NCBI RefSeq assembly: GCF_000027125.1
Contig: NC_017626.1
Direction: 5' to 3' (one strand)
From: Escherichia coli 042
GTDB lineage: Bacteria; Pseudomonadota; Gammaproteobacteria; Enterobacterales; Enterobacteriaceae
DNA length: 64,000 bases
Shown piece after piece: positions 26,445-35,826 of the stretch (within the stretch, counting starts at the first letter, position 1; every line of letters begins with the position of its first letter). A program made the position numbers and the translations under genes. Under the pieces are notes generated by a model. That model had not been told where the DNA came from. It saw nothing but the letters and a program-made list of their open reading frames with translations, and did not search any database.

Positions 26445-26598
26445 TGCCGGAACACAGCTTAATACTCAGCTCGCCAGTTAAGGGCTTCTCAGACAATAAA
26501 CGTCATTCATTTCATCTGTCAGGCCGCGTCTTCTCCGGGAGACGCAGCTTTTTCATTTATTACACCAGTAAATCGTAACCACCGATAAGGAGCAAATT

Positions 26599-27417
26599 AT
26601 GCGACTAGCCAGTCGTTTTGGTTATGCGAACCAGATACGCCGTGACCGTCCGCTGACACACGAAGAACTGATGCACTATGTTCCCAGTATTTTCGGTGAA
26701 GACCGGCATACTTCCCGCAGTAAACGATATGCGTACATTCCCACCATCACCGTACTGGAAAGCCTGCAGCAGGAAGGTTTTCAGCCATTCTTCGCCTGCC
26801 AGACCCGCGTGCGCGACCCGGGCCGCCGGGGATACACAAAACACATGCTGCGTCTGCGGCGGGCCGGAGAGATAAACGGAGAACATGTCCCTGAAATTAT
26901 TCTGCTCAACTCTCATGACGGTACCTCCAGCTACCAGATGCTGCCGGGTTACTTCAGATTCGTCTGCCAGAATGGCTGCGTCTGCGGTCAGTCTCTGGGG
27001 GAAGTGCGTGTTCCACACCGGGGAAATGTGGTGGAGAAAGTTATCGAAGGGGCTTACGAAGTGGTGGGGGTTTTTGACCGGATTGAGGAAAAGCGTGATG
27101 CCATGCAGTCGCTGGTCCTGCCGCCACCGGCACGCCAGGCGCTGGCACAGGCGGCACTGACTTACCGTTATGGTGACGAACATCAGCCAGTCACCACCGC
27201 TGACATTCTGACGCCACGACGCCGGGAGGATTACGGTAAGGACCTGTGGAGTACTTATCAGACCATCCAGGAGAATATGCTGAAAGGCGGGATTTCCGGC
27301 CGCAGTGCAAAAGGAAAACGTATCCACACCCGTGCCATTCACAACATCGACACCGATATTAAGCTCAACCGCGCATTGTGGGTAATGGCAGAAACGCTGC
27401 TGGAGAGCCTGCGCTGA
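26599..27417 (+). CDS. DUF932 / YfjQ-like protein
   Basis: 272-aa MRLASRFGYANQIRRDRPLTHEELMHYVPSIFGEDRH...; recalled as the YfjQ family. Confidence 0.75.
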   Translation: MRLASRFGYANQIRRDRPLTHEELMHYVPSIFGEDRHTSRSKRYAYIPTITVLESLQQEGFQPFFACQTRVRDPGRRGYTKHMLRLRRAGEINGEHVPEIILLNSHDGTSSYQMLPGYFRFVCQNGCVCGQSLGEVRVPHRGNVVEKVIEGAYEVVGVFDRIEEKRDAMQSLVLPPPARQALAQAALTYRYGDEHQPVTTADILTPRRREDYGKDLWSTYQTIQENMLKGGISGRSAKGKRIHTRAIHNIDTDIKLNRALWVMAETLLESLR

Positions 27418-27758
27418 TGCAGCATGTCCCTGAAGGCGTGATTCAGGCACCAGAATCACCCGACGCCCCGGAGGCGCTGCCGGGGTGTCGTTCCATTTCT
27501 GATGATGACCTGTGCGCCTGGTGTACCCGTCTGCTTTACCGTCCCGGAGAAATCAGTCTGTGCAGACTGAGTATACAGGCAATGGCATCTGGCCATCCGT
27601 CTGTGACCGGAACGGTTACGCGTACGGCTGTCCGGAATTTCAGCCGAATATCATTCATCCCTGATATTACCGGGTCATCACGGTCAGTGATGAACGTGAT
27701 GTTGCCAGGTCCCGACCTTTACTCCCTCTCATTTATTCACATTACAAGGATTTCATAC

Positions 27759-28232
27759 ATGAAAACATTGTCTCAGAACACCACCTCTTCGGCCTGTGCA
27801 CCGGAGACTGACCTGCAACAACTGGTTGCCACCCTCGTCCCTGATGAACAGCGCATCAGCTTCTGGCCGCAGCACTTTGGCCTCATTCCACAGTGGGTGA
27901 CCCTGGAGCCCCGTGTCTTCGGCTGGATGGACCGTCTGTGCGAAGACTACTGCGGTGGTATCTGGAATCTGTACACCCTGAACAACGGCGGGGCATTTAT
28001 GGCACCCGAACCGGATGACGATGATGACGAAACATGGGTACTGTTCAATGCCATGAACGGTAACCGCGCTGAAATGAGTCCGGAAGCTGCCGGCATTGCT
28101 GCCTGTCTGATGACGTACAGTCATCATGCCTGTCGTACGGAGTGTTATGCCATGACGGTCCATTATTACCGGCTGCGGGATTACGCCCTGCAGCATCCGG
28201 AATGCAGCGCCATTATGCGCATCATCGACTGA
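27759..28232 (+). CDS. antirestriction protein (KlcA/ArdB-like, YfjX family)
   Basis: Start at MKTLSQNTTSS; 157 aa with acidic stretch EPDDDDDE. Track ORF 27378..28232 is over-extended. Confidence 0.75.
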   Translation: MKTLSQNTTSSACAPETDLQQLVATLVPDEQRISFWPQHFGLIPQWVTLEPRVFGWMDRLCEDYCGGIWNLYTLNNGGAFMAPEPDDDDDETWVLFNAMNGNRAEMSPEAAGIAACLMTYSHHACRTECYAMTVHYYRLRDYALQHPECSAIMRIID

Positions 28233-28724
28233 ATGGAGAGAAGTACAATGCAACAGCTTTCCTTTCTGCCCGGAGAGATGACGCCCGGCGAGCGCAGCCT
28301 CATTCAACGGGCCCTGAAAACCCTGGACCGCCATCTTCATGAACCCGGCGTGGCCTTCACCTCCACCCGTGCGGCACGAGAATGGCTGATTCTGAACATG
28401 GCGGGACTGGAGCGTGAAGAGTTCCGGGTGCTGTATCTGAACAACCAGAATCAGCTGATTGCCGGTGAAACCCTCTTCACCGGCACCATCAACCGCACGG
28501 AAGTCCATCCCCGTGAAGTGATTAAACGCGCCCTGTATCACAATGCCGCTGCTGTGGTGCTGGCACACAATCACCCGTCCGGTGAAGTCACACCCAGCAA
28601 GGCAGACCGCCTTATCACGGAACGTCTGGTACAGGCACTGGGCCTGGTGGATATCCGGGTGCCGGACCATCTGATAGTCGGTGGCAGCCAGGTTTTCTCC
28701 TTTGCCGAACATGGTCTGCTTTAA
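28233..28724 (+). CDS. RadC-like JAB-domain protein (YeeS/YfjY family)
   Basis: JAMM motif HNHPSGEVTPSKADRLIT. Confidence 0.8.
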   Translation: MERSTMQQLSFLPGEMTPGERSLIQRALKTLDRHLHEPGVAFTSTRAAREWLILNMAGLEREEFRVLYLNNQNQLIAGETLFTGTINRTEVHPREVIKRALYHNAAAVVLAHNHPSGEVTPSKADRLITERLVQALGLVDIRVPDHLIVGGSQVFSFAEHGLL

Positions 28725-28786
28725 CCCGTCACAACCACATCACACCTGTTTTCACTTTTATCTTCTGTCTTCAGAGGTATCCCACC

Positions 28787-29008
28787 ATGAAAATCATCAC
28801 CCGTGGCGAAGCCATGCATATTCACCGTCAGCATCCGGCATCCCGTCTTTTTCCGTTCTGTACCGGCAAATACCGCTGGCACGGCAGTGCTGAAGCGTAT
28901 ACCGGTCGTGAAGTGCAGGATATTCCCGGTGTGCTGGCCGTGTTTGCAGAACGCCGTAAGGACAGTTTTGGTCCGTATGTCCGGCTGATGAGCGTCACCC
29001 TGAACTGA
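28787..29008 (+). CDS. DUF987 small protein (YeeT-like)
   Basis: 73-aa MKIITRGEAMHIHRQHPASRLFPFCTGKYRWHG... Confidence 0.6.
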   Translation: MKIITRGEAMHIHRQHPASRLFPFCTGKYRWHGSAEAYTGREVQDIPGVLAVFAERRKDSFGPYVRLMSVTLN

Positions 29009-29170
29009 TGTTCCGTCACCCGGAAAACGAGTACGACTGGCTGAGCTCAGACGCCGCTGTGGATGAGGTCCTGCTCATCAACGAATACACCTTTACCGAA
29101 GCCGGTCTGCGCGCCGGCTGACCCGTCATCGTTAAACTATCATTCACCGATTTTCTGTGAGGATTTTATC

Positions 29171-29539
29171 GTGTCAGACACACTTTCCGGGACAACGCAT
29201 CCCGATGACAATGACGACCATCCCTGGTGGGGACTACCCTGCACAGTGACGCCCTGTTTCGGCGCCCGTCTGGTGCAGGAGGGTAACCGGTTGCATTACC
29301 TTGCCGACCGTGCCGGTATCAGAGGCCGGTTCAGAGATGCGGATGCGTACCCTCTGGACCAGGCCTTTCCGCTGCTGATGAAACAACTGGAATTAATGCT
29401 CACCAGTGGTGAACTGAATCCCCGCCATCAGCATACCGTGACACTGTATGCGAAGGGGCTGACCTGTGAAGCCGACACCCTCGGCTCCTGTGGTTACGTT
29501 TATCTGGCTGTTTATCCGACACCTGAAACGAAAAAGTAA
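29171..29539 (+). CDS. cbeA: CbeA/YeeU-family type IV antitoxin
   Basis: GTG start; [52 protein letters not shown]... close to K-12 YeeU. Confidence 0.8.
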   Translation: MSDTLSGTTHPDDNDDHPWWGLPCTVTPCFGARLVQEGNRLHYLADRAGIRGRFRDADAYPLDQAFPLLMKQLELMLTSGELNPRHQHTVTLYAKGLTCEADTLGSCGYVYLAVYPTPETKK

Positions 29540-29628
29540 ACCACCGGAATAACCTTCTGCTCCGGCCTGGTGTTTTCACCACGCCACTGTCCCATTTTTT
29601 ATCTCTGCATATCAGGAAAATCTTCAGT

Positions 29629-30003
29629 ATGAAAACATTACCCGACACGCATGTACGGGAGGTATCGTGCTGCCCGTCTCCCGTCACCATCTGGCAGACA
29701 CAGCTCACCCGACTGCTGGACCAGCACTACGGCCTTACGCTGAATGACACACCGTTCGTGGATGAACGTGTGATTGAGCAGCATATTGAGGCAGGCATTT
29801 CACTGTGTGACGCGGTGAACTTTCTCGTTGAAAAATACGCGCTGGTACGTACCGACCAGTCGGGATTCAGCGCAGGAGCCTCGTCGCAGTTAATCAACAG
29901 CATTGATATTCTCCGGGCTCGCCGGGCAACAGGCCTGATGACCCGCCACAACTACAGAACGGTGAACAATATCACCCTGGGTAAGTATCCGGAGGCGAAA
30001 TGA
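29629..30003 (+). CDS. cbtA: CbtA/YeeV-family type IV toxin (cytoskeleton-binding)
   Basis: 124-aa [43 protein letters not shown]...; immediately downstream of antitoxin. Confidence 0.8.
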   Translation: MKTLPDTHVREVSCCPSPVTIWQTQLTRLLDQHYGLTLNDTPFVDERVIEQHIEAGISLCDAVNFLVEKYALVRTDQSGFSAGASSQLINSIDILRARRATGLMTRHNYRTVNNITLGKYPEAK

Positions 30004-30142
30004 TGAAACTGGCCCTGACACTGGAAGCCGACAGTGTTAACGTACAGGCACTGAATATGGGGCGAATTGTCGTTGACATTGATGGTGTTAATCTCGCTGA
30101 ACTGATTAACATGGTCTGCGATAACGGCTACTGGATTTGCCC

Positions 30143-31048
30143 CTATATTTCCAGACACCTGTTATCACTTAACCCATTACTGGCTTGCTGCCGTAGATAT
30201 TCCCGTGGCGAGCGATAACCCAGTGCACTATGCGGATGCCATTCGTTATAATGCTCGAACGCCTCTGCAAGGTTCTTTGCTGCCGTTAACCCGTCTGGTT
30301 TGGGCATGACACTGATGTAGTCACGCTTTATCGTTTTCACGAAGCTCTCTGCTATGCCGTTACTCTCCGGACTCCGCACCGCCGTGTTCTTCGGTTCAGG
30401 CCCCAACATCCGGGCAAACTGCCGTGTTTCATTAGCCCGGTAGCATGAACCATTATCCGTCAGCCACTCTACTGGAGACGCCGGAAGCTCGTTGCCGAAA
30501 CGGCGTTCCACCGCTCCCAGCATGACGTCCTGTACTGTTTCACTGTTGAAGCCGCCCGTAGTGACCGCCCAGTGCAGTGCCTCACGGTCACAGCAGTCCA
30601 GCGCGAACGTGACTCGCAGTTTTTCTCCGTTATCACAGCGGAACTCGAACCCGTCAGAGCACCATCGCTGATTACTTTCTTTCACAGCCACTCTGCCGGT
30701 ATGTGCCCGTTTCGATGGCGGTACAGCGGGTTTTCGCTCAAGCAACAGCGCATTCTGGCGCATGATCCGGTAAATACGTTTGGCATTGATCGCAGGCATA
30801 CCATCAAGTTCGGCCTGTCTACGAAGCAGCGCCCATACCCGACGATAACCATATGTGGGCAGCTCTCCGATAACATGGTGTATACGGAGAAGCACATCCG
30901 TATCATCTGAGTGACGGCTGCGGCGACCATCTTTCCAGTCATCGGTTCGTCTGAGAATGACGTGCAACTGCGCACGCGACACCCGGAGACAACGGCTGAC
31001 TAAGCTTACTCCCCATCCCCGGGCAATAAGGGCGCGTGCGCTATCCAC
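30143..31048 (-). CDS. insD: IS2 transposase OrfB (InsD)
   Basis: 301-aa integrase-core transposase. Confidence 0.9.
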
Positions 31049-31416
31049 TTTTTTGCACGCCCATATTCAACGGCTTCTTTAAGGAGTTCATTTTCCATCG
31101 TTTTTTTGCCGAGCAGGCGCTGGAGTTCTTTAATCTGCTTCATGGCGGCAGCAAGTTCAGAGGCAGGAACGACCTGTTCTCCTGCGGCCACAGCAGTAAG
31201 ACTTCCCTCCTGGTATTGCTTGCGCCAGAGAAATAACTGGCTGGCTGCCACACCGTGTTGCCGGGCAACAAGGGAGACTGTCATTCCCGGTTCAAAACTC
31301 TGCTGAACAATAGCGATCTTTTCCTGTGTAGTACGCCGTCTGCGTTTCTCCGGTCCTAAGACATCAATCATCTGCTCTCCAATGACTAGTCTAAAAACTA
31401 GTATTAAGACTATCAC
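31006..31416 (-). CDS. insC: IS2 OrfA (InsC)
   Basis: Helix-turn-helix ...[47 protein letters not shown]... Confidence 0.9.
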
Positions 31417-31854
31417 TTAAATAAGTGATATTGGTTGTTTGGAGATTCAGGGGGCCAGTCTAGCTACTCCCTTCGTGTTGTTGATGAATCTGACCGGACC
31501 TCAGCAGACTGCACGCCACCATTTGTTGCCCTTACCGGCATACGCTGCAGTACCGCACATATCACGGAAACGGACAACGCCTGGCTGTACTCGCTGTCAC
31601 ACCAGACCAGTGACTTCGGTGAATCAGAATGGATTCATTTTACCGGTACCGGTTATCTGTTACGTACCGATGCGTGGTCATACCCGGTTCTGCGGCTTAA
31701 GCGCCTGGGGCTGTCAAAAACGTTCCGTCGTCTGGTCGTCACACTCATCCGGCGTTATGGTGTCAGTCTCATTCATCTGGATGCCAGTGCCGGATATCTG
31801 CCGGGTTTACCCACTTTCGACTGGTAATCCGGAAATTCACAACATGAAATCATT

Positions 31855-32020
31855 AACCACGGAAACAGCGCTGGATATTCTGATTACGTGGCTGCAGGAC
31901 AATATCGACTGCGAATCGGGAATTATCTTCGACAACGATGAGGATAAAACAGGTTCGGCAGCACTGTTGCGCTGTATCGAACAGGCCAGGGAGGGTATCC
32001 GTACCCTGCGCCAACAGTAA
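31855..32020 (+). CDS. hypothetical small protein (55 aa)
   Basis: MKSLTTETALDILITWLQDNIDCESGIIFDNDEDKTGSAALLRCIEQAREGIRTLRQQ; start chosen within track ORF 31439..32020. Confidence 0.35.
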
Positions 32021-32929
32021 CTTTTGCACCAGAACCAGTGAAGATCACTCACCCGATTTCACTTCCCTGACGTCAGCCTGAACACGGCTGGCGTTTTCAT
32101 TTATAAACAGAAAGGAAAAATGATGATGTCAGATACCACACTCTCCCGCCCGGAGGTGGTCAGCGGGCATACGGACGTTATCTATTCCACCTCAGTCTGC
32201 CACATTCTGGCTGTACGAAAGAGTACACTGTTGCCAATCGACACAATTATCCGGCATCAAGTAAGCGATATCAGTTAACCGATATAGATGGGGAAGATGC
32301 TTTTATCCGGATTGGTTCTATCGCGATGGTGCGAGTACCACTTGATGCAATGGCGCCTGTCGAGGAAGATGACGAGTAACAGAGCTCGGTATCTCAATCA
32401 GGACCTGATTGTCCTGGTTCGATGCCGAAAACCAGTGATTTTTCGTGTTGGTATCTGTGTTGGTATAGGATGGTGTTGTTTATTATTAACAATTTTAAAT
32501 CATGAGGTTAAATCGCATGTTTGAGTCCGGCCTTCGCACCACATCGTATGCAAATCGAGTCGCTCAAGGGCGGCTTTTTTTGTACCTGTGTTTTCACTAC
32601 TTTGTTTGCATGTAACGCTGATAATCTAAGAACTTCGGAAGCCCCATTTCCATCAATGATGTTCATTCATCATCCTGAAAATTAAGTAGATATAAAACTT
32701 CATTGCCTTGGTCTAATGGCACAGAAATAGATTGCATTTGGCGAGTGGCATTCTTAGTGCGTCGTTGTTTAGTCATGAAACGATGCGTAAAATTGCTGAT
32801 TTTATGTGTCAAAGTCCCGCAACCGGAGATGGCCTTACTTCAATGATCAACCACTATTGACGTATCCTTTTAATATCTTGATTCAATTCAGCAGGTTATC
32901 GTCCAAAGTACAGCGAAGAGAGAGAAAAG

Positions 32930-35821
32930 ATGATTGGTACAACACCTTATCATGCGAAATATTTTGCGCATGAACTTTCCATTCTTCATTCAAACAATGG
33001 GGTGGACCGTCTGTCTCAATCGCTGTTTGATGCAAGCGTAGATCTAAACCCTCATCAAATTGAGGCGGCTCTTTTTGCTATCGAAAATCCGCTAAGCAAA
33101 GGTGTTGTGCTTGCCGATGAAGTTGGTTTGGGTAAAACCATTGAAGCTGGACTAGTGCTTTGCCAGTTGTGGGCTGAAAGAAAACGTAAACTGTTGATCA
33201 TTTGTCCTGCTTCACTGCGTCGCCAATGGGCGAGCGAGTTACAGGAAAAGTTCAATCTACCTTCTCAGGTGTTGGACGCGAAAATGTATAGCCAGCTTCA
33301 AAAAGAAGGGATCCATAATCCCTTAAATAATAAATCGATCACTATCATGTCATACCACTATGCTGCTCGGTTAGAAGAGAAATTGGTGGCTGAAATGTGG
33401 GATCTGGTTGTTATCGACGAAGCCCATAAACTGCGTAATGCTCATCGAGAAAGCAACAAAATGGGGCAAGCGTTAAAGCGTGCGCTTGATGGGCGGAAGA
33501 AATTACTACTGACCGCAACGCCTTTACAGAACTCGTTGATGGAACTGTATGGCATGTCGACGCTTATAGATGAACATACCTTCGGCGAAGTTAAAGCGTT
33601 CAGAAAGCAATATATGCAGGCAGATAGCGATATTGCGGAGTTGAAGGGGCGATTGTCGCGTTTTATCAAACGAACTCTACGCAAGAATGTGCTGGAGTAT
33701 ATCAAGTATACAGAACGTAAAGCGATCACTATTCCTTTCTATCCGAGCGAACAGGAGCAGGATCTTTATGAACGCGTACAAAAATTGCTTGAACGTGAGG
33801 ATAGCTATGCCTTACCAAAACGACACCGGCATCTGACGGGGCTTATACTCAGAAAACTACTTTCCTCAAGTACGAAAGCCGTATTGAATAACTTGCAGAT
33901 CCTTAAGACTCGTTTAGAAAGGTTAAAGCTGGAAGGTATCGTTGAAGATGATATGGACATCATCCAACAGATCATAATGGATGATGATCTTGAAGATGAC
34001 ATCGTTGAAGATGCCGAATCAGTAGCGCCAGATACAGAGTGCAAATCTGTGGATTCAGATGCGCTTCAGGCAGAAATCAATGAGCTGGAATCACTCATTG
34101 TCAAAGCAGAACAGATTGGCACTGATACCAAATCAAAAGAGTTGCTTTCTGGCCTGGAGCAAGGTTTTGCACAGCTTGCCGAAATGGGGGCTGCAAAAAA
34201 AGTCATCATCTTCACGGAGTCGATGCGAACTCAACAGTACCTTGCACATTTTCTGGAAAACAATGGCTACCAGGGAAAAGTAGTAACCTTTAGTGGCACA
34301 AACAATACACCGCAGGCAAACAAGATCTACCAGCAATGGCGCGAGGAATATCAGGGATCTTCTCGTATTACCGGGTCGGCGCAAATTGATAAACGCTCGG
34401 CTTTGATCGACCACTTCAAAGATCATGCTGAAATCATGATAGCTACAGAAGCTGCAGCTGAAGGGGTGAACCTGCAATTTTGTTCGCTACTGATCAATTA
34501 CGATTTCCCCTGGAACCCACAACGCATTGAACAGCGTATTGGACGTTGTCACCGATACGGGCAAAAATTTGATGTGGTTGTTATTAACTTCCTCAATCAG
34601 CGAAACCAGGCCGATCAACGCGTTCTTGAACTCTTAACTGAAAAGTTCAGCCTGTTTGATGGCGTGTTTGGCGCATCGGATAGTGTGCTTGGCAGCATAG
34701 AAAATGGTGTGGATTTTGAAAAAAGGATCCAGTCAATTTATGAGTCATGCCGTACCCCCGAGGAGATAGAGCTGGCTTTTGAAAGGTTGCAGAAAGAGCT
34801 GGAAGATGAAATCAATCTCAAGATGCAGAAGACGCAAGAACAGTTGCTTGAGCATTTTGATGAAGATATTCACGATATCCTTAAAATAAGGCTTGATGAA
34901 GCTCGGGAGCGCCTGGATAAAGTCGGTCGTTGGTTTTGGGCCGTGACCTGTCAGCAGCTCAAACAATATGCTGATTTTGATCATGAGCATCATCGTTTCA
35001 CTTTACGTGAATCAGTCAATGAACTGCCTGTCGGGCAGTACCAGCTGTTGCGCAAAGATGGCAGGCAAAATAGTGCGTTACAAATGCAGGATCACCACAG
35101 TTTTGCATATCGGATCAATCATCCGCTGGGTGAGTACGTCATTGAGGGAGCCAAAGCCCAGGAGACGAAAACAGCTGAAGTCATCTTCGATTACAGTAAC
35201 CACACAACGAAAGTTTCGGTGGCTGAGCAGCTGAAAGGGCAATCAGGATGGTTAACACTAAATTTGCTTACTGTTGATGCGTTTAACAGGCAGCAATTTT
35301 TAGTCTTTACCGCGAAAACTGACAACGGACGTGTGGTAGATGGTGAAGCTTGTAAACGTCTGTTCAACTTGTCTGCAATAACCAACGAAAAGCTGGATAA
35401 TTCGGCAAGTTTAGATGCATTACCTGATGACTTGATCTTACTCAAGAACAGGCAAATTGACGCCAGGCTTGCAGAAGTTTTGGAGCAGAACTATGTCCTT
35501 TTTGAAGCGGAAAGAGATAAGCTGGAAAAATGGGCTGAAGACATGATCTTTGCGGCGGAAGAAGCATTACGCGATACCAAAATGCAAATCAAGTCGTTGA
35601 AGCGAGAAGCCAGGCTGGCGCAATCGATCGAAGAACAAAAGCAAAACCAGGAAAAGCTTAAGCTACTGGAACGGCAGCAGAAGCGTCAACGTATGGAAAT
35701 TTTTGACATTGAAGATGAGATCGCCGACAAGAGGGATGAACTCATCAGTGCCCTTGAAGAGCGGATGAAGCAAAAGACGGATATCACCGAGCTGTTTACC
35801 ATCCGCTGGAAAGTTATTTAA
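32930..35821 (+). CDS. SNF2-family ATPase, RapA/HepA-like, short N-terminus
   Basis: 963 aa. Motif I LADEVGLGKTIEAG, motif II VVIDEAHKLRN, motif III LLLTATPLQN, motif VI QRIGRCHRYGQ; C-terminal coiled-coil-like region. Several blocks resemble RapA; RapA N-terminal domains absent. Confidence 0.85.
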   Translation: MIGTTPYHAKYFAHELSILHSNNGVDRLSQSLFDASVDLNPHQIEAALFAIENPLSKGVVLADEVGLGKTIEAGLVLCQLWAERKRKLLIICPASLRRQWASELQEKFNLPSQVLDAKMYSQLQKEGIHNPLNNKSITIMSYHYAARLEEKLVAEMWDLVVIDEAHKLRNAHRESNKMGQALKRALDGRKKLLLTATPLQNSLMELYGMSTLIDEHTFGEVKAFRKQYMQADSDIAELKGRLSRFIKRTLRKNVLEYIKYTERKAITIPFYPSEQEQDLYERVQKLLEREDSYALPKRHRHLTGLILRKLLSSSTKAVLNNLQILKTRLERLKLEGIVEDDMDIIQQIIMDDDLEDDIVEDAESVAPDTECKSVDSDALQAEINELESLIVKAEQIGTDTKSKELLSGLEQGFAQLAEMGAAKKVIIFTESMRTQQYLAHFLENNGYQGKVVTFSGTNNTPQANKIYQQWREEYQGSSRITGSAQIDKRSALIDHFKDHAEIMIATEAAAEGVNLQFCSLLINYDFPWNPQRIEQRIGRCHRYGQKFDVVVINFLNQRNQADQRVLELLTEKFSLFDGVFGASDSVLGSIENGVDFEKRIQSIYESCRTPEEIELAFERLQKELEDEINLKMQKTQEQLLEHFDEDIHDILKIRLDEARERLDKVGRWFWAVTCQQLKQYADFDHEHHRFTLRESVNELPVGQYQLLRKDGRQNSALQMQDHHSFAYRINHPLGEYVIEGAKAQETKTAEVIFDYSNHTTKVSVAEQLKGQSGWLTLNLLTVDAFNRQQFLVFTAKTDNGRVVDGEACKRLFNLSAITNEKLDNSASLDALPDDLILLKNRQIDARLAEVLEQNYVLFEAERDKLEKWAEDMIFAAEEALRDTKMQIKSLKREARLAQSIEEQKQNQEKLKLLERQQKRQRMEIFDIEDEIADKRDELISALEERMKQKTDITELFTIRWKVI

Positions 35822-35826
35822 TTGAT

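Larger units (their letters stand above)
30132..31462 (-). mobile_element. IS2 insertion sequence, 1331 bp
   Basis: Ends TGGATTTGCCCCTAT (30132) and TAGACTGGCCCCCTGAATCTCC (reverse complement at 31462); flanked by 5-bp direct repeat GCTAC at 30127-30131 and 31463-31467. Confidence 0.9.
30000..31830 (+). pseudogene. yeeW-like gene disrupted by IS2
   Basis: Reading frame 30000..30131 ([15 protein letters not shown]...CDNGY) resumes in frame at 31468 (SLRVVDESDRTSADC...PTFDW*) once IS2 and one copy of the 5-bp duplication are removed. Confidence 0.6.

Noticed and set aside
26605-28712. Minus-strand ORFs of 284 and 319 aa across the DUF932, antirestriction and radC-like genes
   Set aside because: Antisense to a conserved, well-ordered plus-strand module; no motifs.
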